A stretch of 64,000 nt of DNA from Octopus bimaculoides (lineage: Eukaryota): the NCBI RefSeq assembly GCF_001194135.2, contig NC_068985.1, forward strand, positions 105,430,389 through 105,494,388, written 5' to 3'. The position numbers were made by a program, and so were the translations under genes. Of this stretch, positions 51,861-64,000 are shown piece by piece; position 1 is the stretch's first letter, and every line of letters starts with the position of its first letter. The notes under the pieces were generated by a model. That model was not told where the DNA came from. It did no database searches and worked only from the letters and a program-made list of their open reading frames with translations.

Positions 51861-52525
51861 GTATGTATATGTATGTGTATGTATGTGTATGTGCATACAC
51901 ACATAACTAAGGACCCTAAAATAGCACAGCACCATCTTATATGCAGAGACTCCTTATAAAAGTTTACTCCTTTATATACATACTTGATTAAAATGAAGCG
52001 ATAAGATATTTCAATTCTCAAACCAGAAAAACTGTCTCCACCATTCGTTTCTCTCTACATACATCCTACAAACATACATTTTTTTTCTGTTTTCCATTTC
52101 CCTTCCTACACAACCACTTCTGCATGCCGACACCAAACATATCTTTCATTTACATCATTCCACCTACCAAAAAGAATACCCTGCCAAAAACAATTTATAT
52201 AAGACCTGGGAGATTAAATTAGACTACAGCATGATGATGACTAAGAATCCGAAACTTCGAAGTAAGTTTAGACCTTTTCTTTGTAAAAATATTTTGCTAG
52301 CTAACTAGCTATTTGTCTGACTGCTTGCTGTCTATCGATATAGATCCAGCTGGCGTTGGATCTGTTCAGATCGATGTAAGAAGTAACACCTGTTTTAAAA
52401 CCTCACCTGTTTAAAATTTTACCTGATGATGTTATATTAGGTTATATATGAAAATAGGTTATATATGAATATATTAATAAAATTTGCCGAAACAACTGCC
52501 GTAAATTTAAACGCCATTCGTGTGT

Positions 52526-52589
<64 letters not shown>

Positions 52590-52659
52590 CTCTCTCCCTC
52601 TCCCTCTCTTTCTCTCTCTCTCTCTCCCTATCTCTTTCTCTCTCTCTCTCTCTCTCTCA

Positions 52660-53318
52660 TATCATCTCCTTCGAAATAGTCACCTTGTGCAGCAATGCAC
52701 CGGTCCCAGCGATCCTCCCACCTTTGGATTTCGGCCTGGAGGCCGTTTTCTGTAAGCGAGTCGAGGACCTTCTGCGATTCGCTCTATATCTCGACAACGG
52801 TGTTAAAACGGTGACCTTCGAGCTGCATTTTACCTTGGTGAAGAGATAGAAGTTTCAGATGCTAAATCTGGCGAATAAGACGGGTGCAGAAGCGATATAA
52901 TTTTGTTTTTGGTGAGGAATTCACGACTGAGGAGAGGTCGGTGACATAGTGCATTGTCGTCGTGTTCAATTTAGATGTTAGGATTACCTGCACTGACTCA
53001 CGGGGATGACGCTCGTGGCAGGTCTTCCAGGTCGATCATCGTCTTCAATGCCTTTGAAGCAGATTTCCCAAGTTAAACGCAAAATTTCACGTTGATTCTT
53101 TCTTCCAACTTCCTGTCCATGGCAAAAATCGCAGACGACAACATACACGTGATCACAAAAACACAAATTTCACAACTTACGAAGTAAACACAGCGATGTC
53201 ACTCGGCACACTACTTCATGAAGGTTACTGCCAACTCTCACTGCGCATGCAACTGTGTGCTGCCATCTGTTGGCGCGCTGCAAAACTAGTCTGGGAACTT
53301 TTTGATACTACCTCGGTA
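52660..53318 (-). mobile_element. Internally deleted mariner (Tc1/mariner) element
   Basis: 5' TIR-like TA(C)CGAGGTAGTATCAAAAAGTTCCCAG at 53291-53318; N-terminal MDRKLEERINVKFCV*LGKSAS; EDDDRPGRP; a decayed YSPDL region; C-terminal QRWEDRWDRCIAAQGDYFEGD. The DDE core is largely missing. Confidence 0.9.
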
Positions 53319-54281
53319 CGCAAGCGCTCCATATCTGCCAACAACAACAATCGTCATGGCGGTCACATGGTAATAGCGTCGACGGATACGAAGACCGAAA
53401 AAAATACGCTGTGGGTATATTAAGGAGTAGAAACCTCATAAAAGGACTCCATTATGTTTTGTGTATATTAAACGCATTCGTGAGAATGTAATTTAGTCTT
53501 CGCGTAAAATAATTCTAAGACATAATTGTTTATACCGAAGCTAATGATTTAAATGCGGTTGAATTCACGTTACTTGAGTTGTTTGACTTGCATGCTGTCT
53601 CTGGATAATGTTCTAACCTCAGATCGATTTCATAGAAAGGCTAAAATATGTTTTTCTTTTTTACAAAATGAACGTATATAGTATTACGTAATTATTTCCG
53701 TGCGATAATGTATTAAGTAAAATGTTTTTCAATAAGCACTCTGTAATTCTGCCAGTTTTTTTTTTCTCTCTGAGAGTAATTCCATCTTGATTTACTGCGA
53801 ATTTTTATTTTTTCCTCTGTTCACCGACCACATGACGTTCTCGACCTANNNNNNNNNNNNNNNNNNNNNNNNNNNNNNNNNNNNNNNNNNNNNNNNNNNN
53901 NNNNNNNNNNNNNNNNNNNNGGTGCTGGAGGTGGGGGGTGATGGTGGTGGTGATAGTGGGGGTGGCTGCAGTGGTAAATTTCCGTCGTTCTACAACGATG
54001 ATTCAGTTGTTCGATCAATTACATTGCCCGCTCATAGAATTATGGTTGCGAATTCTACAGGTACGAGTAGACTAACCATAACTCTCAAGTAGAATTATAC
54101 GAGATAGAGGTGTAACAAGGAAGTCTTGTGAATTACAGGTATAATCCACAGGAGGGCTTCTAGGCAGTTTCCGTCAGTTCAATTTTACTCTTAAATTATG
54201 AACCGACCCGCGGCTATAGAAAATCTCACTTGTGCAAAATGTCGTTGGTACTTTTTTTATCAACCCTGAAACGGGTCTTTA

Positions 54282-54397
54282 TGTTCTGAGTTCAAATTCC
54301 ACCGAGGTCGACTTTGCTTTTCATCTTTTCGGGGTCGATAAATTAAGTACCAGTTGAGTACTGAGGTCGATGTAATCGTCTATCCCCCTCCCTCAAC
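54282..54397 (+). mobile_element. SINE family B, internal fragment
   Basis: GTTCTGAGTTCAAATTCCACCGAGGTCGACTTTGC...GGGGTCGATAAATTAAGTACCAG. Confidence 0.85.
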
Positions 54398-55339
54398 TGC
54401 GAGAATAAAATTCTTCATCTTCATACGGCATTCGAATTAAGGCAACGGATCTCCATCAGAGTGAAAAACGAGAGCATACAATATAAACAAAAGGACGAAG
54501 GAAAAGGAAAGAAAACATGGCTTAGACAAATAGTTTAGAAGTCCAATATGTTAAGTGTAAATAATTATTTACCATCAGGGCTACAAGAGCGTAGATGAAA
54601 GAGTGAGCTAGTAAAGGTCAAGGGAATACTACAAATTATTAACGGGTGGGTGCAATTAGAAGTGGGGTGTCAGAATGTTTAAAACAAAAGAAGTTATCAA
54701 GAAACTATATGTAAAGAAAATACTAACATAATTATCAAAGGTCAATACCTATGCTAACGGAGTAAACGTAAGTAAAAGTAAGCAATTATCGTAGGGTGCT
54801 AAAGAGGAAATTTACTCACAGGAATTAACACCAAGAATCTACAATGATCCACAATGAATCCTATGATCCACAATGGGGCAAGTCTAAATCTAGCGGTCTC
54901 TATATTGGTCAGTTATAATTTGAAATGGGATCACAAGTTAAAACCGTTACATAGGATTTGTTTATAAAATGAACAAGAAAAGAAAGGGAAGAACAAAGGT
55001 AACATTATAACATGCAAGAGGGAAGCATTATGAGACTACAGGCTAGAGGTTAAGGGGAGGCAACAGGTACTGATAAATCAACGGCACTATGAAAACTAGG
55101 GAAAGAAATATGGCTAAACCTCGTATATAGAGAATTGTAGTAATAATTAGGTATATATAGGTATGTAAGAAAAATACATCCCATAGGTGCTCTACGATGC
55201 ATAAATAAAATGGCACTAACAGTTAGGCGGATAATATTTAAGGCCAAGTCTTATTTTATTTAACATTTATATATATATAAATGAGACGATAAAGCCAAAG
55301 CTGTGTGGCATTTTCAGGATATTTATAAAGAGAAAGTTA

Positions 55340-55387
55340 GTCTTACAGCTGTTTCTGGGATATTAGGCATATACCGTAATCGGAGAC
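55340..55387 (-). ncRNA. Decayed minimal type I hammerhead (PLE pLTR type)
   Basis: Minus strand GTCT-CCGATTA-cggtatatgcctaatatccca-GAAAC-AGCT-GTA-AGAC: stem I GTCT/AGAC, intact GAAAC, palindromic CAGCTG across stem III, GTA triplet. The CUGAUGA core carries two substitutions. Confidence 0.5.
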
Positions 55388-55464
55388 GATGTGAGATAGT
55401 TAAATAGAGGGAAATATTAGAGTTCAATATTAGAGTTGATTTTGTTGTCTCATTATATTTAACG

Positions 55465-55500
<36 letters not shown>

Positions 55501-55800
55501 ATATATCATATATTTATATAGGCCATTCACTAACAATTTCCGTATATCATTCTTATACGTATATCAACGAAGATTAAAATCTTCACTGAAATTCGTGTAA
55601 GAATGACATAAGTAAATACTTTCAAAACCTACTTTCCGACCTTTTTCTATGTACATTCTATGATCTTTGTAATTATGGAGACCAGAATATGAAGTGTTTC
55701 ATAAAAATATACAGATTTTATTGACAGGTTTCACTTTCGATGTATATAGATATTAATAGAGTTCTAAATATTGGTTGCATATTGTTCACTTTTACTCGCA

Positions 55801-55856
<56 letters not shown>

Positions 55857-56097
55857 AGAGAGAGAGAGAGAGAAACATACGTACATTCATACATGCATAC
55901 ATATGTGTATATACATATATACACATACAAACATACACATACACACACATACATACATATATACATACATGCATGCATGCATGCATACATACATACATAC
56001 ATACATACATACATACAACTTAAATTTACATTCATAGTACGAGTGTAAATGTATAGAGTTTGGGGTTCTTGATTGTGTTCAGTGCAGAAGTAGCTTC

Positions 56098-56247
56098 TAT
56101 GTGGGATGATATATGTGCAATGAGGAATTGGGTCGTGTCTTGTAATGCATAGTGACTATAACGTGTGTTTATTTATTGTATTAACTATCACGCATTCAGT
56201 TGATTTTTTTTCGTGTGTTTTTCTTTATTGACTTCGTTTATCTGCAG
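56098..56247. repeat. 150-bp dispersed direct repeat, copy 1 (copy 2 at 57270-57417)
   Basis: TATGTGGGATGATATATGTGCAATGAGGAATTGGGTC...GACTTCGTTTATCTGCAG occurs twice, about 1.17 kb apart, at high identity. Confidence 0.92.
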
Positions 56248-57269
56248 GTTACCAATATTACGGTTAATAGCAACTGCAATGTATTTTACTTCATACTAGG
56301 TGTAAATCTACCTTCATCTCTAGAAACAGAGATTTACTAACTAATCAAGCATATAAACATAGACCCTGACTAATGATTAGACCCAATGTCTCTAGCTTAA
56401 AAGAAACTCTGTGCTAGATCTTCTGGCTTTTCTTTTAGACCCTTAAGTCTATGCTCCAAACCTTTTGTGGACCCATCAGTAACTCTAAAAGGGTGCTCCA
56501 AAGACTCGAACCAGAAACCCTAATTTATAACAGGTATGCTTTCGGCTTCTACGTTGTCTCTTTCTCTACATCTCAGTACCTAGCTCTTCCACCTGTTGAC
56601 TTATTTATTGACTGACTTCATTTGCCCTTCTGATTTCTGTTTTTTGATCTTCACAAATTCTAACATCCACAAACTCCTCTCCATCATCAACAAGACAACA
56701 CCTATATTAATTTCTTCGATCAAGCCTACCCACGGGATCAAGTCTTTCAGATCATGTGACCAGCGCTCAGTCCATACAACTCCTTCATCACCAGATATAT
56801 GGAGGTAAACTCATTCTCACTTCATTCCGTGAAGAAGCTAACCTGATACATTGTTGAGCAACGAAGACCATTGAGTATTAAATAGCAATGTTCAAATATT
56901 TTAATGGAGTGGTTTTTACATTTTATGCCTTCAGAGTCGATAAAATTAATTTAGTTGTGTGGATCAATATGATCGATTATTTTCTCTCTCTCAAATTTGT
57001 ATTCTTGTGACTAACTTAGAAATCAATATTATTGATGTAAGAGAGTGATGGGCAGCGGAATCGATAGTGTGCAGCACGAAATTTTTTGCAGTGTTCAGGG
57101 ACGACCTTTTGGGTTCAAATACTACTGAAGTCTACTGTGCATTTCGAATTGATAAAATAAGCACACTGATTTAGTGAAGTATAATTCATTTAAACGCACC
57201 CTTACATATTTGAAGCTTTGTACCAACATCAGAATACATTGTCATATATTTTTCTATGAATAATTTATT

Positions 57270-57417
57270 TATGTGGGATGATATATGTGCAATGAGGAAT
57301 TGGGTCATGTTTTATAATGCATAGTGACTATAACGTGTCTTTATTGTATTACCTATCACGCATTCAGTTGATTTTTTTTTTTCGTGTGTTTTCTTTATTG
57401 ACTTCGTTTATCTGCAG
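57270..57417. repeat. 150-bp dispersed direct repeat, copy 2
   Basis: Matches 56098-56247. Confidence 0.92.
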
Positions 57418-57419
57418 TG

Positions 57420-57600
57420 TGCTTCTGGTCAACATTAGTTTTTTAACGGGTGTGCTTCTGGTCAACATTAGTTTTTTTGCTACGGGCTACATATTTGCCA
57501 TGCAGAATGTTCTGCCCCCACCTACAATCAATTGTTCATGCACTTTTTTCCTTGTCATTAATTTTACCTTTCTTGCAACAACAGTTACAGCGTACATGGA
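57420..57600 (-). pseudogene. R4/Dong-like fragment (C-terminal region) ending in a 33-bp tandem duplication
   Basis: RWGQNILHGKYVARSKKTNVDQKH fits W.QK.LHGKY..RS....VDQ; duplicated units start at 57417 and 57450. Confidence 0.65.
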
Positions 57601-58788
57601 TAACTTCATTAAAGTTATCCATGAAGAAACTCTGCAGTAATCACTTTCAAATCCTGCCTGGATCGACTTTGCCTTCCGTCTTTTTGCTGTCCCATAAAAT
57701 AAGTTCTTCATGTACTTACATGAATTCTATTGACTAAGATTTGTGTCAATCGCATGAATTGCAGTTGTTATACGCAGGTCGAAACAAGACAAGCCCAGTT
57801 GAAGCTATTTCGAGTTTTGATTGATGTTATTTTAATCTAATCACGTTACTGATGCCGTTTTTGAAATGCAGGCACTTTACGACACCTTATTCTTCTTTAC
57901 AGCACACTTGATTAGCAAACACCCTACCGACTCTCCACTTTCTATGTTAGCAAACTCCGCACAGCCCCTTATTTCTCTTCTCTAGTTTTTTGATCAGCAA
58001 ACACTCATCCTACCCCTTATTTTTCTGCTCTTATGTTAAATACATTTGCTCTTTTCTCTAAACTCACGTTATTCCAAATTTACCGAGTTTCTTACCTACT
58101 AGATAAACCTAAATTGTTTAAAACAGATGAAGTAGATTGTCTTACAACACATTAAGGAGTGACACGCAGAAACATGTTTAGCTATTTAGTCATTTATCTT
58201 AATATATTAGGTAAGTTCGTTCGTTTTTTCTTCTATTTGTCTCAATCCTTTTCAATGTTATTTGAAAAATATTTTGATCATGATGTTTTATGGGGGTTTT
58301 TTTGTAGCTCTATTCTCCCTCTACAACTTTCGTTTATCGTTTTTTGTAATTTACATAAATTTTAATTCTTTTTAGACATATGATGACAGAGAGCCAAGTA
58401 GAAAAACGATCAAATTTATCTGACAATCCAATATGTAGACAGGACGATCTCTGCTCAAAGGCAAATAGTTTTCTTTTTATTATTCTGAGAAAATTCAAGT
58501 CAGGGAGAAAGGTAAATTGATACTGGATATAATTCAAAAACTGGCATTCAACACTGGCGTCAACCTGTCAGACTTGTATTCAGAATTAAGTCTAGCATCA
58601 ATCATTCTGTAATCGTGGCCTTCAGAGGAGTTTACTGACGAAAGTCTTCTTAAGTTTTATTTAAATCATCTTAATATTGATTTCTTACAATATCTCCAAA
58701 TAATGTTATGATGGTTACATAATCACATATCCCTTCTCTAATAAAGTTAAGGGTCTTTCATTAAGTACGAAAAGAAAGCTGATTTATA

Positions 58789-59052
58789 GGCGCAGGAGTG
58801 GCTGTGTGGCAAGTAGCTTGCTTACCAACCACATGGTTCCGGGTTCAGTCCCACTGCGTGGCACCTTCGGCAAGTGTCTTCTACTATAGCCTCGGGCCGA
58901 CCAAATCCTTGTGAGTGAATTTGGTAGACGGAAACTGAAAGAAGCCCGTCGTACATATGTATATGTATATACATATATACATATGTGTGTGTTTGTGTTT
59001 GTGTATTTGTGTGTCTGTGCTTGTCTCCCCACCATCACTTGACAACCGATGC
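58789..59052 (+). mobile_element. SINE family D, 5' two-thirds, well preserved
   Basis: GGCGCAGGAGTGGCTGTGTGG (A box), GGTTCAGTCCC (B box), CCTTCGGCAAGTGTCTT, internal (TA/TG)n, truncated at CAACCGATGC. Confidence 0.93.
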
Positions 59053-60150
59053 CAGAGCCTTTATTTATTCCTGCGAGGTGTTAATAAGTTTGTTTCTGTT
59101 CAAGATCTTTTATAACTATACCAACATCTAACACGACTGAATTTGAGGTATTCAGTTTACCCTTTCTGGAAATTGGCTTTGGCACATTTATCAAGACCGA
59201 ACTCCATCCCGATATCATCATTGAATACTTTTACAGTACGTAAGAGGTCTTCATTGTCTTTGCCATAGAGTTTTAAGCCATCCATATAAAATAGATGACT
59301 TATTTTCATGCTGTCAATTTTATACCCATACCCTGTTAAGTTCACTTATAAGGAGCATTAGTGCTATACAAAAACTTAGAGGTGAAAGTGAATCAACGCT
59401 ACAGTTGATGTTAATAGTTTGAAGCTAGTACTCCATTAGCATGATATAAATGAAGATACACATTCCACAATAACATATTATGCTTCAAGAAGTTTGAAAT
59501 TACAAAAGAAATTTTGAAGATGTCCAGCGATTTCAAGAGCCATGAATGCTGTATGCTGACATAGACGTAGGGCCATTTTGTAATCAAATCATGCGGAAGT
59601 GAGATCTCTGCGCTTGTTATAACAGTTTTCAAGGATTATGCCATTAATTAGTTGATCTTTGTATCCATATGAGCCTCATCGGCATCTGTTTGTTCTGTGA
59701 GGAAAATATCGTTCTCTTCCATAAATGCATATGATTTCTCCACGAGAATAGGTGTTTAAATTTGTGTAAGCAGTGGATAAACAGGTTATGCGCCAATAGT
59801 GGTATTTAACTTTGGCTTCATTATTCTTTGGGAGTAGACAAGCAATACCACTTGTTAACCAATCAGGTGTTTTCTTTGGATATCTCATCATTTCAGTGAA
59901 CAACTGAACTAGCTTTTCATGTGCGCACGGGATGAGAGCCAGACATTTGGCATTCTATCTTTACCGGCAGTTATGAGCTTTCGTCAAAGTCATCCTAAGA
60001 TCTACTATTGCGATGTCTCCCCATGCTTATTCTTGTAAGTTTTGGCAGGATCTTTCTGTACGTCTAATCCAGCTTGCATTTTTATCATATGTCTTCTCAT
60101 CACTCCAAATCTTTTTCAAAAAGCCTTCAATTTCTTCCATGGGAGGTGAG
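59053..60150 (-). pseudogene. R4/Dong-clade non-LTR reverse transcriptase relic
   Basis: PPMEEIEGFLKKIW; PDWLTSGIACLLPK...YWRITCL; ISHLFYMDGLKLY (YMDD decayed to YMDG); DIGMEFGLDKCAK; IKDLEQKQTY. Confidence 0.9.
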
Positions 60151-61254
60151 GAGGTTATAATTATTATTTTCTAGTAAACTGAATTTGCGATCCTATTTGC
60201 GATTACAACCATTTCACTTCATTTACGTCACTATTCTTTTCAGAGAAATCAAAGTCAAAATATCCGAGATGAGTTCGTATTGGATTATCTCTCAACTCCA
60301 ACGATGAAAGATTTTTTTTCAATATCTACATCTACACTACGTTTCGATAGGCTTTATCTGAGCGGCATTTGGTGCCATTATTCCTGAATGTCCACTAAGT
60401 TCTAAAGTGATTTCCAATAATTAGGTAATTTTACTTTTAAAGTAAGGAAATGATGCTATTAAATTGACGGCAACACCATTATTGGCTTTAGTTTAGAAAT
60501 CAAGGTATCTAATTCGAAGCCTGTCTACAACTAAGTTAACATCCAAGAATGAAACCCCTGTTAACAATCGGATCAAACCGATCGAAACGTAGCATAGTAT
60601 ATTGATTCCTAAAATTGGCAGAGAGTGGTACAGCCGATTAGTCAACCACTAGTGCTTGATTGGCACTTAATATTATCAATTCTCAGAAGGATAAGAAGCA
60701 AAATCGATCTCGGCAGGATTCAAACACATTACTTAAAGAAGGGACATAACGAAATACCAAAAAGAATTTTACCTGCCTCTCTTAGGATTCTGTTATATCG
60801 CCCTCATTACTGAAAAATGCGTTTATTTCAAGTTCTAGAAGTGATAATTTTGAAACCAGAGCTGTCGCATAATTCGAAACAAAATCTATACATATATTGG
60901 ATATTGATATAGAGCTAAATGCCGTTTAGAATATTTCATACAGTCAACAAAAAGGAATATTTTAAATCAATATGAAAAGAAACTCGCAAAGAGAACAAAA
61001 TACACTAGTGCTAATAACAATTCTTGTCAAAAACTGTAGAGTAGAGCCTACACTTTAAATCAAATTAATATAAACGACAAAGAGTGGTGAAGTTGGTTCA
61101 GAGTGAGTAGGAGAGAGATAAGCTTCTTTACATCTTCTTTACTTTTGATTTCAAATCTCGTCTTGTTTAGCTTCACTTTTCACCTCCGCACAATCGCTAA
61201 ATAAAGGAACCAGCTTTTTATTAAACTGATCCAAGCCAAAATTAGTCTTCTACA

Positions 61255-61510
61255 AACAAGCAATTATGTCATATATCTGATTATTTCTGGTCAAGGAAGA
61301 TAATAGAACCAACGCCGAACTGATTTTTTAAGCCAATGATTCTTTCTCTTTACCACACGCAAAGCCTTCTGAGCTCACAGTTAACGCCAAAGCTTGGTTA
61401 ATGAGGCACTTGTCAAAGGATGGCACGCGGCTTCGTTTCCTATTGAAGTTGTCTGTCACGCTTTTGTAACAAGATCAATGGGCTATTTTGAGTACCCAAA
61501 CAACTGAAGA
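61255..61510 (+). pseudogene. Possible heavily decayed Penelope GIY-YIG relic
   Basis: NYVIYLII...(K)D..(G)QT-like start and RQSLV.E.L, with many stops; weak support. Confidence 0.3.
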
Positions 61511-61944
61511 AAACTCCCAAGCAGATAACCATGTCAGCTGAGACCAGTTCAAGTTGGTTGTGATTGTCAAGAGACCGCAGATTGCCTCTTTCTACAGGTG
61601 ACGGATAATTCAATCCTCGCTGCCCTACTCAAAGCGAAGCGTACAGACTAGAGGTCGAAACATGTGTGACCCTGAGATACCTGCTGAAGATACGGAGGGG
61701 TTTCCAACATTGTGGTATTGCGATCGCTCTGGTCACATTCAGAAGAGTTTCCTTTATCTTTAATCAATACTTGTTGTTTGTTCGGAGGCTAAAATTTGTC
61801 TGATATTTATTTTACGTTTTAAGTAAGTTTGTACTTACCTCACCAACTAGTTTTAATGCAGATAATGTCCCTGTGTTGTTAACCTAGTCTTTTATTCCAC
61901 TCTACCATTTCTGACTCCTCAATAAAATGATGCTTTCATCATAT

Positions 61945-62012
<68 letters not shown>

Positions 62013-62799
62013 TATATCGAATACAACGATGCTAAAACAAAACAAAATTAAAATAATTTTTTTTTAATACTTAGTTCAGACATTCACCTCCTAGTTAAGA
62101 TGAAAATATAAATATCTTCCACTCAACTTAAGACAATATTTTATGTCGCATAAACGTTAAAAGGTGTGTGGTGGGGAACATTTTTATAATTATTTTCATT
62201 TAGAAAAAGGACGGTAGCTGCTTGAGAATAATAAATTTACATCTTCGTAGAGTATGCTAGCAGCTGAAGAGAAGAAATCCAGACAAAAATGTTTTGTTAT
62301 TCTTCAACATTTTCCATAGCAAGTTTTTATTTTTTTTACTTCTAAGATAGAAAGAAAAAATTCTTCAAAGTTTTTCTTCATCCGATAGTATAACAGTCTA
62401 TAAGAATGAATGTAAAAAATACAATATACAATAGAAAGATAATAGGAAGTCTTTTAAGTGAGAAGGGAATCTTTTTCTTCCACCTTTGCATTATGCATTT
62501 ATATATATATACATATATATTGCATATATATATATATTAGAAAACGCTTATTGTTATTTTTTTCTTTTGTATTTGGTTTGTAAGCTTCTTGACGTGAACT
62601 CGTATGTTGAAACAGATGTTGTTGTATCTCGGAAGGGTCATTATGCCAATAATAAACACACGCTGATTCTATTTAACTTCTTTTGAAACAGATCTGGATT
62701 GGAGAGAGAGCATGTCATTCATGAAGTTGCAAATGCTTTAACGGCAAAACAGCAGAAATCATAATTTCAAGTATTGGCACAAGGCCAAAGCATGAGTAC

Positions 62800-62880
62800 T
62801 AAGATTGATTTGTTCGACTAAACCCTCCAAGGCGGTGCCCAAGCATGGTTGCAGTCCCATGACCAAAACAAGTAAAAAAT
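62800..62880 (+). mobile_element. SINE family D, 3' tail
   Basis: GATTTGTTCGACTAAACCCTCCAAGGCGGTGCCCAAGCATGG...ACAAGTAAAA. Confidence 0.75.
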
Positions 62881-63498
62881 AAAACAAAATTAAAATATAT
62901 ATATTCTGAGAAATTCATAAAGGATTTCTGGTTTCCTTTGTTAAAATGCAAGACCATTTTTGTCATCGCTGTTGATGAAGCAGAACCGAAGTGACACTGT
63001 CGGACATAGTTACGCCTCTTTGAAATACATGTGCGATCCAAACGACACGCCTCCACATATTCTTCATCTACCAAATTTGGCTCGAGTTGTATTTATAATA
63101 GAAGACATTTACTTATGTAAGTGTCATGTAGTGAATTCCAGCTGGAAATCTCATGTTTGCAAAGAATATCTATTTAACATTCGATCAATTCACCTCTCTT
63201 TTATATCTGAATCATATAGATTCGAGGTTCTTTAATTAGCCAGTGATAGAGGGTAACTAGAGGTCTTTCAATGATTTTAGTTTAAACTCATCGAAATTGT
63301 TTCTGCATATTCAAAAATTGATTAATCGACACAATTTTCTTGCTCAGCGGTAAAATGACACTTGATATCCGTAAATACAATACCAAATTTGAAACACCAA
63401 CAAATTTCATATTAAACACAAATAACTTTCTAGTGTCTGCTAGTTAAGAGACATTAGAAGGCATTGAACGATAAAATTCTTCGTCCCTAAATCTCTTG

Positions 63499-63500
<2 letters not shown>

Positions 63501-63565
<65 letters not shown>
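63501..63565. repeat. (CT)n microsatellite
   Basis: Read directly from the sequence. Confidence 0.95.
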
Positions 63566-63569
<4 letters not shown>

Positions 63570-64000
63570 CTCTTCCTCGCTGTCACCTTCTCTCCTCGGC
63601 TTCTCTTTCAAACAATTTTGTTCGTCAAGAACGTGAGTTAGTCAATCAATACTTCATTTATATCACGCAACTGGGATAAACTTAGCTAATTGTTCAACCT
63701 TTCCCGTTCGGACTTCGCTATCAATTGAGGATTAGCTCTATTGACATCAGACAGTGGATATCCATTTCAACTATTACAGTGCATGAGAAGACAGCTTACT
63801 ATTAACAGCTAACAAAATACTCGTCAATTACACTGTTTTCTTGCTGCTCCACCATGATAGATTGTTCTTCCCTCAAGGTACCTATTTACAGCTAAGTGAA
63901 CAGAAGCCAAGTCGATTAGCAAGAGCGCAAAGCAAAAGGATGTAAACTGTAAACCTTGGTTCAAGGAAGCGGATAACTTGTTGAGTTGATTAGCAAGGAC

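Noticed and set aside
52420-52470. CTGATGA...GAAAA next to a 15-nt tandem duplication
   Set aside because: No convincing stem I or stem II.
53921-54061. TLPAHRIMVANS resembling a BTB-domain motif, with donor CAG|GTACGA
   Set aside because: Only a short motif matches, the upstream sequence is a GGT low-complexity run and a gap, and the other BTB residues are absent.
58330-58780. Continuation of the R4 RT or a PLE RT relic
   Set aside because: No R4 motifs were found and the PLE similarity is too weak to call.
60548-60595. ATCGG/CCGAT hairpin followed by GAAAC
   Set aside because: No CUGANGA at the correct spacing and no stem I.

Overview
Eukaryotic, AT-rich, microsatellite-dense draft-assembly sequence with 13 N-gaps totalling about 5.1 kb. 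The SINE families and repeat landscape resemble what I recall from Octopus genomes, so a cephalopod source is inferred but not proven. No host protein-coding gene can be identified with confidence. Almost every ORF in the supplied track is a microsatellite or N-run artefact, or a transposon relic. The window is mostly decayed mobile elements: four tRNA-headed SINE families (labelled A-D here), a roughly 560-bp unclassified repeat (E) embedded in (TAA)n, Tx1/L1 and R4/Dong non-LTR fragments, several Penelope-like (PLE) fragments, a Ty3/Gypsy relic with PPT and LTR, two hAT (Buster/Charlie-type) transposase relics, a mariner, a Chapaev3-like transposase relic and a MITE. The most notable signals are: a nearly complete type I hammerhead ribozyme fold at 22158-22239 and a second decayed one at 55340-55387; a codon-periodic 21-bp heptad-peptide repeat at 6207-6705; a circularly permuted SINE at 16377-16610; and three minus-strand exon-like islands at 13.0-15.3 kb that may belong to an unidentified gene.
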